A stretch of DNA of 63,225 bases, filler included, from Octopus bimaculoides (taxonomy: Eukaryota), in assembly GCF_001194135.2 (NCBI RefSeq). It is 6 parts of 6 records of this genome, joined end to end, with 100 filler letters (N's around TTAATTAATTAA, not from the genome) between each part and the next. Parts side by side here need not be neighbours in the genome. Positions count along the whole stretch, not along the records: positions 34,056 to 39,792 come from NC_068998.1; positions 39,893 to 48,338 come from NC_069010.1; positions 48,439 to 60,546 come from NC_068990.1; 3 more parts are not named here. One strand, written 5' to 3'. This document shows positions 39,668-51,272 of this stretch, in pieces (position 1 is the stretch's first letter; the number at the start of each line of letters is the position of its first letter). A model generated the notes under the pieces. The model was not told the DNA's origin. It was given only the letters and a program-made list of their open reading frames with translations, and ran no database searches. The position numbers and the translations under genes were made by a program.

Positions 39668-39893
39668 ATGAGCGAGTGCTAGTGTATATGTGCGTGTGCG
39701 CATGTATGTATATATACTTATGTATGAGTCTATCTTTAAATGAATGTATTTACGTACGTATCTATCTATCTATCTATATTATATATATATATNNNNNNNN
39801 NNNNNNNNNNNNNNNNNNNNNNNNNNNNNNNNNNNNTTAATTAATTAANNNNNNNNNNNNNNNNNNNNNNNNNNNNNNNNNNNNNNNNNNNNG

Positions 39894-39979
<86 letters not shown>

Positions 39980-40252
39980 CATATATATGTAAGTATAGAT
40001 ATGTATGTGGCTATACATTAGTACAGATATACATGTGTATAACCCAGAAGGAACATGCTTTCTTAGGTGACACATCATGGCTGACTTATCGTCTGCTCTC
40101 AGTCAATTGACCAATCCTAAAACTATAAACATGTTCTGGATATGTCGATAATTAATACAAACATGTTTAACATGTTTCAGTTATTTATATAAACCTAAAA
40201 CCGATGGCAGACTCAGTTTCAGGTGCATTTTTATGAGCAGAAAAAACCTTCT

Positions 40253-40293
<41 letters not shown>

Positions 40294-40326
40294 TGTGTGT
40301 GTGTGTGTGAGTGTGTATTCATATAT

Positions 40327-40551
40327 TCTTCTTGTATTTGTTTCAGTCATTTGACTCTGGCCATGCTGGAGTACTGCCTTTAATCGAGAAAATCGACCCC
40401 AGGACTTATTCGTTGTAAGCCTTGTACTTATTCTATCGGTATCTTTTGCCGAACTGCTGAGTTACAGGGACAGAAACACACCAGCATCAGTTGTCAAGCA
40501 ATGTTGGGGGGACAAACACAGACACACAAACATATACACACACACACACAT

Positions 40552-40583
<32 letters not shown>

Positions 40584-40740
40584 CGATGGGCTTCTTTCAG
40601 TTTCCGTCCACCAAATCCACTCACTAAGCTTTGGTTGGCCTGAGGCTATAGTAGCAGACACCTGCCCAACGTGCCAAGCAGTGAGACTGAACCCAGAACC
40701 ATGTGGTTGGTAAGTAAGCTACTTACAACACAGCCACATC
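40327..40740 (-). mobile_element. tRNA-derived CORE-like SINE, near full length
   Basis: rc head gtggctgtgt..gtaagtagctt...ggttcagtc (A/B boxes) followed by a ttgggcaggtgtct CORE-like segment and an internal (CA)/(TA) tract. Other copies: 23335-23470(+), 24915-25240(+), 30175-30475(-), 33835-33920(+). Confidence 0.8.
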
Positions 40741-41989
40741 TGTGCCTATATATATATATATATATAAATTGTAAATCCAAAAAATTACAACAAAACTTCA
40801 AAGGATTCCGCGGTACACGTGTTTCAAGCTTTATATGTGTATAATATAATATGTGTGTAATTTACAATGTAAAGCTATCCTCAGCCGCAAAATTATTTCT
40901 CTCCCAGGAAATTATACCACCTCGGCGGTGAAGTAGGAAGAAAGGTATGTATATATATATATACATACATATCAAGTTATGTATTTACATACATGTATTT
41001 ATATATACATACATATATATAAATGAGGGCTATAATCATTACAAAGGCGGTGCTCCAGCATGGCCACAGTCAAATGACTGTAACAAGTAAAAGAGTATAT
41101 ATATGTGTGTGTGGGGGGTGTCCTGTTAACAGAACAGCTTGCTCATGAAATTAAAGTGCAAATATTTGAGTACTCCAAAGGCACCCGTACCTTTAACGTA
41201 GTTCTGGGGGGACATTCAGCATGTCACAGAATGTGACAAGGTTGGTCCCTTTGAATTACAGGTACAACTCATGTTTGTCAGCTGAGTGAACTGGAGCAAT
41301 GTGAAATAAAGTGCCTTGCTCAAGGACAGAAACGCACTGCCAGGTAATCAAGCTCACAGCCTTACAATCCTGAGGTGATTACCCTAACCACTAAGCCATA
41401 TGCCATACAGCTATACTTTAGGCACAAGTATAGCTGTCTGGCCAATAGGATTCAAAAATGTAGAAAAGAAGTTTCTGGAGAACTATTGTCATGTGACCAG
41501 GGCAGCCATTTTGGATCCACTCCGGAAGATGACAATTTGACTGCAATGACAAAAGGTAGGTGTTATCCAGTTCCATCCTAGGAAAAAATTAACTATCCAC
41601 CTTGCAAAGATGCATTTTCAGGAAGAACTAAAGTAAAACTACATTTTGGTAATGTTATTTTTTTGGAAGATCATCCTGCTTGTCAGCAAAAACAGAATTT
41701 ATTGTGGCCATTAGAATTTATTGTGTCAGTTACATTTTGGAATTATAAGTTTAGTCATCAAAATCCTGACAAATAATTACTTTAAACCAATGCAACCGTT
41801 ATGACATGCTGTAAGGGGGAATTTTGTTCTTATATATAGTACTTTATATTTTCAGTGATATGTACCTGCTTGTGCACTGTGCATGGAAATTTCAACCACA
41901 TTATGAGCAGTGACTTGTTGTATTATAGAGCTCTCAAGTTACCTGCAATGCATGTAAAATGTCTAGATTTAATTATCTAAGACATTTGA

Positions 41990-42280
41990 GCGAGTTTGTT
42001 CCCAGTACCGCTGGACTGGCTCCTGTGCAGGTGGCATGTAAAATACACCATTTCGAGTGTGGCCGTTGCCAGTACCTCCTGACTGGCCTTCATGCCGGTG
42101 GCACGTAAAAGCACCCACTGCACTCTCTGAGTGGTTGGCGTTAGGAAGGGCATCCAGCTGTAGAAACTCTGCCAAATCAGATTGGAGCCTGGTGTAGCCA
42201 TCCGGTTTCACCAGTCCTCAGTCAAACCGTCCAACCCATGCTAGCACGGAAAGCGGATGTTAAATGATGATGATGATGAT
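41990..42280 (+). mobile_element. 5'-truncated RTE-type 3' end retroposon
   Basis: Shares gagtggttggcgttaggaagggcatccagctgtagaaac...(tga)n tail with 28810-28985. Near-identical to 46520-46816. Confidence 0.8.
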
Positions 42281-42706
42281 TATGCATGGCGCTGCAATAA
42301 TCTTCAAGAAACGTTATTTAGAATTTTGTGTTCAAGTGCAGCACACATTTTGAATGCATAGTGTATGTTTTCACCTTTTGATCGATTCCTCATGTTCCTG
42401 ACGGATTAAAATAAAAATGTGATAGATTTCTAGGTGGAAGTGTTGCGTCAGTTATGTGTACCTGCTGTGTCAGTTACATTTTACCAAAGGCACTACAGTC
42501 TGTATTAAACAATAGTGTTGGATATGAAAGCATGCATAACATCCATACCACTTCAGGTTGCTTTTAATATAAAAACTGTTTGCACATGTAAATTTTCTGC
42601 ACAAGGTTTTCTAGCATAAGTACCACCAAGTCAAGCATCATGTCTTTTTTCCATGGCATCAGTTACCCAAGTATTTATTTTCTCTATGACGAGCTAGTTC
42701 AAACAT

Positions 42707-43160
42707 TGTAACTGTGGCATGACGTCAACGACTGGGGAGCTGACCTGAACCGTGAACTGACCGGAACGGCGAACTGACCGGAACGGCGAGCTGACAGGAA
42801 CGGCGAACTGACCGGAACGGCGAGCTGACAGGAACGGCGTGCTGACCGGAACGGCGAGCTGACTGGAACGGCGAGCTGACCGGAACGGCGAGCTGACCGG
42901 AAGAGGAAGAAGAGCAGAGGGAGCCTCAATCGGGATTTCATGCCCTTTTCGAACGGGGGTTGTTGTGAGGAGAGGACGTGCCAAGCGATCATCTAGGTGT
43001 TGGGAGAAGCAGCTGCTATTTCTAGTGTTCTTCGGGTCGGGCGAGCCATGAGGATCGGATACCGCAGGACAGACTTGTGCAAAGGAAGGAAAACCAAGGT
43101 AAGCCGATTACTTCTACTCGCACGCATACACCACAGTAACTCAAACAGAATTACAATACA
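42707..43160 (+). mobile_element. Solo LTR (Gypsy-like)
   Basis: Begins TGTAAC and ends ...TTACAATACA. CpG-rich. Shares caaggtaag...caccacag...aca 3' architecture with the LTR at 12617-12908. TSD not resolved. Confidence 0.7.
42737..42906 (+). repeat. 17-bp tandem repeat, 10 units (GA(G/A)CTGACCGGAACGGC)
   Basis: Ten contiguous units counted directly, with no spacers. Confidence 0.95.
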
Positions 43161-43351
43161 TAAGTAATAATATTTATGGGCAACAGTAATTAAAGTATTC
43201 ATAGGTCGTTAGATTTCATTTTGTTTAAGTAAGATGCAAGAACATTTTTAGGATTAAAAGATTCTTGCAAATGTAGCATCAGTTATAATGGAATTGCTCT
43301 TTTATCTCCATGCATAGCTTTTTAACTCCTATCATGTAATGAAACACATGT

Positions 43352-43745
43352 TGTTGTTGTTGTTGGCACTCCGTTGCTTACAACGTCGAGGGTTCCAGTT
43401 GATCCGATCAACGGAACAGCCTGCTCGTGAAATTAACGTGCAAGTGGCTGAGCATTTCACAGACACGTGTACCCTTAACGTAGTTCTCGGGGATATTCAG
43501 CGTGACACAGAGTGTGACAAGGCTGACCCTTTGAATTACAGGCACAACAGAAAACAGGAAGTAAAAGTGAGAGAAAGTTGTGGCGGAAGAGTACAGCAGG
43601 GTTCGCCACCATCCCCTGCCGGAGCATCGTGGAGCATTAGGTGTTTTCGCTTAATAAACACTCACAACGCCTGGTCTGGGAATTGAAATCGCAATCCTAC
43701 GACCGCGAGTCCGCTGCCCTAACCACTGGGCTATTGCGCCTCCAC
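43352..43745 (-). mobile_element. tRNA-derived SINE (second family), young, with TSD
   Basis: rc head gtggaggcgcaatagcccagtggttagggcagcggact...tttcaattccc, (caa)n tail, TSD gaaacacatgt at 43341-43351 and 43746-43756. Other copies: 46018-46390(+), 41120-41405(-), partial 31000-31130 and 31420-31610. Confidence 0.85.
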
Positions 43746-44036
43746 GAAACACATGTAATGTAGAATTAAAAATGTACCAAATATTTTTCCAATCTTTTGT
43801 TTTGATATATTATTAATCTGCAAATAGAACTCAACATAAATTTTTGATGCTATATATTATATCTTATTCAAAATTAAACATCTATTTATATACATTTGAT
43901 TAATGTGAACATGCAGCTATGCTTCATGTGGGCACAACTTGGATGATAACACAATGTACATATATATTTACTTATGTATACACACACACACACATATATA
44001 TATATAGATACACACATACACAAACACATACACACA

Positions 44037-44797
44037 CATATCATCAGTATTCAATTAAAAGCAGAAAAGAAAATGGAGAGTTGAAAGTTAATAATTATTT
44101 ATTAATAAGTTGATAATTCTTAGTTCCTACAACTGTTTCCATTAGTGCTCATTAAATAAGTTACAAATTTATGCTTTAAATTTGCATTTATAAGATATGA
44201 GCAGGGTAAAATCTCTACATTAAAAGATTATATGTTGACCTCTTAGTTCATACCAGTAGTCTAAATATATGGAGTTATTTTATTAACTAAGCGGTCAGCA
44301 TGTAATCTTTTAATGTATATCTTTTTTCCTGATAATATTTTTGCTCATATCCAATAAATGCAAATTTAAAGCATAAATTTGTCATTTATTTAACCCATAA
44401 ACTGCGATAGGCCACCTGTGGCCAACACAACAGTGCGATAGGCCACCTCAGTGGCCAATACGACAGTGCGACAGGCCACGGAAGTAGGGCATGATCTGAC
44501 CTAATTTTGATGATGTATAATGTATGCACACGATACCCTTTCACCCCAGAAACACTGTAGCCTATCACAGAAGGTGTTAAGAAACACAGTACTTTTTTCG
44601 AGTGATAGATCGATGTTGACCTTTACCCAAAATAGGCTCAGCAGTTCGTGTAACATACAGCAAAATCCCAGCAGTTTATGGGTTAAAGTGCACTAATGGA
44701 AACAGCTGTAGGAACTAAGAATTATTAATTTATTAATAATTATTAACTTTCAGCCTTCCATTTTTTTCCTTTCTATTAATTGGATACTGATGATATG
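44037..44797. mobile_element. Long fold-back (palindromic MITE-like) element, interrupted
   Basis: Left arm catatcatcagtattcaattaa...ttccattagtgctcattaaataagttacaaatttatgctttaaatttgcattta... pairs with the right arm 44290-44393 plus 44683-44797. Confidence 0.8.
44394..44682. mobile_element. piggyBac-type MITE nested in the fold-back element
   Basis: TTAA|CCCATAAACTGC ... GCAGTTTATGGG|TTAA: perfect 12-bp TIRs. Three internal tandem units of about 31 bp carry GGCCAC..GTGGCC. Confidence 0.9.
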
Positions 44798-45022
44798 CTT
44801 AATATATACTTATTGATTTAGGGAAATTTTATTTCCCAAAGATATTAGATATAGAACCAGTGTTTCCTTGGGTGTAATCATCCCTTTAAGAGGTTAATAT
44901 ATCCTCTAATTAACATATATATATACACACTCACATCTATGTACACATATGTATATATATGTATATATACAAACACACGCATGTGCCCGCACACACACAT
45001 ATATAGATGTATGTATGTATAA

Positions 45023-45070
<48 letters not shown>

Positions 45071-45198
45071 AGATCGTGAGTGAGACAGACAGTGACAAGG
45101 AGATGCAGTGATGGATAGATAGAGTATGTGTGTGTGTTTTGAACACCACATATAGAAGTGGAAGTCTAAGACATGGTCCACAGATCTACAAAACTCAC

Positions 45199-45228
45199 CT
45201 CCCCCTGCCGCACCAGGTGGTTTTTTGG
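45199..45228 (-). CDS. Candidate 30-nt micro-exon, possibly upstream NF-kappaB coding exon
   Basis: Strong polypyrimidine acceptor (tttgttttcgttttactttataattccag) and gtgagt donor. Open frame (A)KKPPGAAGG, phase 1 to 1, compatible with the 33776 exon. No homology recognised, and three gaps lie in between. Confidence 0.35.
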
Positions 45229-45269
45229 CTGGAATTATAAAGTAAAACGAAAACAAACCAAAAGTTAAG

Positions 45270-45800
45270 GAGTACAGGTGGAGTAACTTTAGGAATGCGG
45301 GGAAAATAATATCAAAAATACAGGTAAGGTTATAAAGAAAACAGGTAAAATTATACAAAGAGTACAGGTAAAATAATATTGGGAGTACAGGTAAATAATA
45401 GGAGTAAAGGTGAAATGGAATAAGAAATGCAGGTAAAATAATATGGAGATTACAGGTAAAATAATATCAAGAGTAGAAGTGAAAGGAGATAAGGAGTACA
45501 GGTAAAATAATGTAAAGAATACAGGTAATATTTAGTGACGAGTATAGGTAAAATAATATTAGGAATACAGGTTAAAGTACAATGGGGAGGAGTACAGCTA
45601 AAAGACATCAGGAGTACAAGTAAAGGAGCACAAGAAGGTGTGGGGAGGGGAATAATGAGGAGTGCAGGTAATAATGATATTAGAAGTTTAGGTAAAAATA
45701 AATACAAGGCTAAAAGAGTATAAAGAATACAGGTAAAAATAATATGAGGAAAACAATTAAAAAATATCAGGTGTACAAAGGAGTAGAGGTATGTGAAAAT
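45270..45800 (+). repeat. Degenerate minisatellite (about 20-24 bp, core GAGTACAGGTAAAATAATAT)
   Basis: Repeated gagtacaggtaaaataat variants. Confidence 0.8.
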
Positions 45801-46017
45801 AACTAACTGAAGTGAAACTGACATAAAACAACAACAAAAACAACAGGGTAAGCATTTCAGTTTGTCATTTAAGACACTGATTTGTGATGTCTTAAACAAG
45901 AACTTATGATGTCATATGTTACAACATAACATATTGTAATATAACTTACATTATATCAAATGTGGCATATATATGTATATATATATATATATATATATTA
46001 TCCATATATCTACTAGT

Positions 46018-46390
46018 GGAGGTGCAATGGCCTAGTGGTTAGGGCAGCGGACTTGCGGTCAAAGGGTCGTGGTTTTGATTCCCAGACCAGGCGTTGTGAG
46101 TGTTTGTTGAGCGAAAACACCTAAAGCTCCACGAGGCTCCGGCAGGGGATGGTGCCGAACCCTGCTGTACTCTTTCGCCCCAACTTTCTCTCACTCTTAC
46201 TTCCTGTTTCTGTTGTGCCTGTAATTCAAAGGGTCAGCCTTGTCACACTGAATATCCCTGTGAACTACGTTAAGGGTACATGTGTCTGTGGAGTGCTCAG
46301 CCACTTGCCCGTTAATTTCACGAGTAGGTTGTTCCGTTGATCGGATCAACTGGAACCCTCGACGTCATAAGTGACGGAGTGCCAACACAA
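46018..46390 (+). mobile_element. tRNA-derived SINE (same family as 43352-43745)
   Basis: A box tggcctagtggttag, B-box-like ggttttgattccc; body matches 43352-43745. Confidence 0.85.
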
Positions 46391-46519
46391 CATACATATA
46401 TCTTCATTGAGAGCATGGATTATTCCTAGAATGTAACTTTTCCAGTGATAATACTTCCAAACATGATGTACGCTTAATTTTAAAATTCCTATCCCACACC
46501 TTACTTGCAACACAAATTT

Positions 46520-46816
46520 TCCGGGGACTGGCTGCCAGTGCCCCTGGACTGGCGCTTGTGCGGGTGGCACATAAAATACACCATTTTGAGCGTGGCCATT
46601 GCCAGTACTGCCTGACTGGCCTTCGTGCCGGTGGCATGTAAAAGCACCCACTACACTCTCTGAGTGGTTGGCGTTAGGAAGGGCATCCAGCTGTAGAAAC
46701 TCTGCCAAATCAGATTGGAGCCTGGTGTAGCCATCTGGTTTCACCAGTCCTCAGTCAAATCGTCCAACCCATGCTAGCATGGAAAGCGGACGTTAAACGA
46801 TGATGATGATGATGAT
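46520..46816 (+). mobile_element. 5'-truncated RTE-type 3' end retroposon
   Basis: Second copy of the family at 41990-42280, with (gat)n tail. Confidence 0.8.
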
Positions 46817-47007
46817 TTGGTAATGTGGTTCCAGTACCATTTCTTGCTTTCGTATCGACAATCTTCAGGAACCTTTCTTGAGGAAATTCTTACCAGTTCC
46901 ATCTGCTTCAAACTTATCTGTGATTTAAGTGATGGTAAGTCACATAGCTGAGGGCATGTGGCTTCGTGGTTCGAGTCTTTGACTCACAATCATAATGTCA
47001 TGAGTTA

Positions 47008-47790
47008 TGACCGTGAGTCAAAGGAACAGAGGGCCCAATTGTAGCAGCCCAGTATCAAATGATGAAGACAAGCAACTTCAGAAAAAATATATATGGAAAG
47101 AATGTGGTACTTGGAGCAAGACAGCGGCACATGTTGTGGCAGAATGTTCCAAGTTGACACAGGAAGAATAAAAGAAATGGAGGTATAACCAGACTGTGAA
47201 AGTCTTACACTGGAAATTGCACCAGAAATAGGTATTTGAGGCTGGAAACGCATGGTACAATCACCAAGTCAAAAGAGTATTAGAGTCAGAGAAATGTAAG
47301 ATTTTGTGGAACTTTCCTATTCGAATGGACAAGAAATTAGAAAATAATAGACTGGACATAACACTTATAGATAAGGAAAAGTGAAGTTGCTTACTGATCG
47401 ACCCATCACGCCCATTTGATTCCAGAATTGTAAAGAAAGAGGAAGAAAAATAAAAAAATAAAATCCTTTAAGATTTAAAATAGGAAGAATTTGGAGCATG
47501 TGAATAGTAAAGGTCGTGCGTATAATTATTGGTGCTTTGGGAACGGTAAGCCAAGATATAGACAAATGGCTGAAGGAGATTGAAATAGAATGCCCAGTAG
47601 AGCTCCTTCAGTAAGTTTGTCTCTTAGGGACAGCAAGGATTATCAGGAGGGTTCTAAGCATTTGAAAGACTGCTGAAAACTTGTGGATACCTAAAGTTAC
47701 AGGTAGTAACCCGCTACCCACATAAATTCTACCGGAAATAAAACCAAACCTGAGCCAAACGAAAATAATAATAATAACAATAATAATGAT
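47008..47790 (+). mobile_element. R4/Dong-type LINE 3' portion (CCHC finger + restriction-like endonuclease)
   Basis: CGTWSKTAAHVVAECSKLTQEE*KKWRYNQTVKVLHWKLH...KILWNFPIR...IIIGALGTV...VCLLGTARIIRRVLSI*, then 3' UTR and (aat)n. A small RT piece (EYTRRVKKLCRSKLNGG) lies at 47890-48030. Confidence 0.88.
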
Positions 47791-48068
47791 AATAATAGTA
47801 ATAATAAGATATAAAATATTATTAGCCTTAGTTTTGATCAGAGATCCTCACCAAAAGTGAAAAACAACTTCAAAATAATAGCTTTTGTAAATAAGACCAG
47901 ATGTTGAATACAAAGATGAAGGAAAAATTGTCTCCTGAATATACCAGGAGAGTGAAAAAGCTATGTAGATCCAAGCTGAATGGAGGATACCTCATTAGAT
48001 GTATTAACTAATGGGCTGTAAGTGTAGCGTTGATAAAACTGCAGTATCACCTTTGTGTGGGTGGAGGC

Positions 48069-48277
48069 GCAAAGAATTCAAATTTGATTGCTAAGAATTT
48101 AAATTTGATGACAAAGAATTTAAATTTAATGGCAAAGAATTCAACTTTGATTGCAAAGAATTTAAATTTGGTTGCAAAGAATTCAAATTTGATGGCAAAG
48201 AATTTAAATTTGATTGCAAAGAATTTAAATTTGGTTGCAAAGAATTCAAATTTGATGGCAAAGAATCCAAACTAGAT
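48069..48277. repeat. 21-bp tandem repeat, 10 units
   Basis: GCAAAGAATT(C/T)AAATTTG(A/G)T(T/G) units counted directly. Confidence 0.95.
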
Positions 48278-48930
48278 CGAAAACATCTATAATAGCTTTC
48301 ATAAATATGTGTTTGTGTGCATGCATGCATCTTTGCATNNNNNNNNNNNNNNNNNNNNNNNNNNNNNNNNNNNNNNNNNNNNTTAATTAATTAANNNNNN
48401 NNNNNNNNNNNNNNNNNNNNNNNNNNNNNNNNNNNNNNTATATATATATATAGATGGATAGATAGATAAATAGATAGATAGATAGATATATGCGCACATA
48501 CACATACACATAATGATAATTTATACTCATATATGGATGTGTGTTTGTGTCTATGCTTACATATGTATGTATGGATATATACACACATAAAGGCACACAT
48601 ACAGACACAAGGAGATAGACTGATACATAAGTAGATTAACGTATATGTATGTATATGCGTGCGCGCGTGTGTGATTGAAAACGTATATATACCCCACACA
48701 TACAAACACCTGCGTGCGCTTACACACACAGGCACTCAGAGACATTCACACACAAGCACTCAGACACATTCACACACACACTACACCGGCTTTAGGTAAA
48801 AATCGTTCCATCTGAAGCGATTTCGTAAATGTTTGAAGATATTTTGGGAAAAACAATAAATATGATTTAGATTTCTTTATCTCGTATATTTTATTGTTGT
48901 TATAACTCTCGATGTGTTCATTCAGTCTAC

Positions 48931-49009
<79 letters not shown>

Positions 49010-49088
49010 GCCCTTGTGGCCAATAAACAAATCATCATCATCATTATTAGTATCATCATCATCATTTTTATTGTTATTATTGTTGTTG

Positions 49089-49147
<59 letters not shown>

Positions 49148-49856
49148 TACCGATATCACTTGTTTGAAATTTATTTTTAAATACATTGCGCTTTTGTGTG
49201 TTTTATGAATTATCTTTATCAGTTACGGCTGTTTATCTCACACTATATCGTTTTCTTTTTATCGCATTCTTTTTTGTTCGAAGTTTTGTTTATTGGTTTC
49301 TTTTGTTTGATAGTTCTATTTTTTTTTTCACTTTGATTCGTTTTACAAAACTTGTTTGTAATTTTTGCTTTTTATTATATTTATTTATTGTGTTTAGTAT
49401 ACAGATAATACACTTGCTATTCTTACATGATAAAATGGCTGTGGATGACAGAAAATATAGAATGCCAGACAAAATACAATGTTTATACATAAAAATTTAC
49501 TGCTGCTCATATCACACAAATATATATATGTGTAATTTTTGTGTTTATATACTCTGTAATGATATTTTAACAAATGTTTTAAAGTATTTAGCTACATACC
49601 ATTGCGTTCTGATTTCGTTTCTCTACACTATCATATCTAACATATCTTTCATCAGATATTTCTTGTTAGCTATAATACCAGGCAAGTACCGAAATACATG
49701 AAAACGAATATTGCACTTCCTTTAAAAATATATTTTAAGTTGAAAAACCGTAATTTCTATTATGAGATATTTCATTTGAAATTATGCGCATCTAAGTGTA
49801 GAACAACTGTAACATAGCAACATTTCAAATTATTACAAATTTATAATACTAATAAT

Positions 49857-49944
<88 letters not shown>

Positions 49945-49984
49945 GTCCTGATGCATTATCTATGCCCTGATGCATTACAATGCT

Positions 49985-50534
49985 CTAATGCAGTACCAGA
50001 CAGTGGCTCACATGGCTTCTGATTTGAATTAAAGGAAGTGCTATCATGTACATTGTTTTGTCTTGGTATAAAAGAAGGGCAGCAGCAAATATTCTGCTTA
50101 ATAGCACAGATTTTCTTGTCATGTGTTTGACCTTAACCAGTTAAGTATGTCCTTTAGTGGCTGACGATATGGGCATTTCTGATCACGAGCGGAAGTAGTA
50201 GGGGAGCATCATAATCATATGTTGACAGGAATTATTTGGGTTTTGGATAATTCACCTTTGGAAACACGGGTGTTTCATTCAACATCTTTAAATAACCCTT
50301 GTTCAGTGACCTTTTGAACGGGATCGGCTAGTTGACCTGAAGAAAATTCTAACTGGGCCCTACCCCCAAAGTCATGCGCTGTTTATTTTGATATGAAATC
50401 ACAATGTCGCGTACGATGACTGTGATATATGTCCCTGGTGTACCCTTATCAGAAGGGCAATCCTGATGGGCTTACTAGGTTTCATATATTTTTACGCTAG
50501 TGTCACGTTGATGGCATGCACTGCCCTCTCACTC

Positions 50535-50535
<1 letters not shown>
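49985..50535. mobile_element. Unclassified dispersed element of about 500 bp embedded in (AAT)n
   Basis: Homologous to 61022-61505 and, inverted and partial, to 22150-22340. The two long copies are flanked by (AAT)n and Dong 3' UTR pieces. Confidence 0.75.
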
Positions 50536-50568
<33 letters not shown>

Positions 50569-50672
50569 CCTACATGAACTTCTAACTTGTTGTCTCTTGA
50601 GGTCTCTGGGTGAGACTTGGATCCAACTTGTACAAATGCAAAACAAAAGTCAAACATAAAATAATAATAATA

Positions 50673-50756
<84 letters not shown>

Positions 50757-51023
50757 CTGTATTCCTTCTATGGAATTTTTCTCTTGTTATATTCTCTTCC
50801 AAGTCCATCCACCTTTTCCTGATCTTGATCAGTATTTCCGGTCTTGTCTCAGTAGTAAGCCTCTAGTCGACATATATCGAGTAATTTGGTTCATAGGTAA
50901 TTTCGTAACATCTTTTCACGTACCAAAAATTCATATCTATCTATCTATCTATCTATGTATCTGTCTCTCTGTGTGACTATCTATCTATCTATCTATCTAT
51001 CAATCTGTCTGTCTGTCTGTCTA

Positions 51024-51058
<35 letters not shown>

Positions 51059-51189
51059 GTCTGTCTGTCTGTCTGTATATATATATATATATATAATCAT
51101 AAATATATAGGGATTGACAGTAACCTGCTTCTCCAACATACTGAGAATTCAGAAATAGCAGCCAAAGAACTACTGATTCCAAAACTACA

Positions 51190-51272
<83 letters not shown>

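Noticed and set aside
41411-41560. Plus-strand exon-like segment with CCAAT, CATGTGAC and GCCATTTT motifs
   Set aside because: The open frame is phase-incompatible with the 40908 candidate and the more protein-like frame ends in a stop. The motif set is common inside non-autonomous DNA transposons. Unresolved.
42737-42906. Regular GC-rich repeats as a CRISPR array
   Set aside because: The units are contiguous with no unique spacers, there are no cas genes, and the context is a eukaryotic LTR.
46018-46095. tRNA-like A/B-box sequences as tRNA genes (also 43670-43745, 40670-40740, 55250-55327)
   Set aside because: They continue into SINE bodies with tails and TSDs, and no complete cloverleaf with acceptor stem is evident.
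49186-49701. 171-aa hydrophobic plus-strand ORF as a membrane protein
   Set aside because: Composition (F, L, I, Y) is what T-rich non-coding DNA yields. No domain or splice support.
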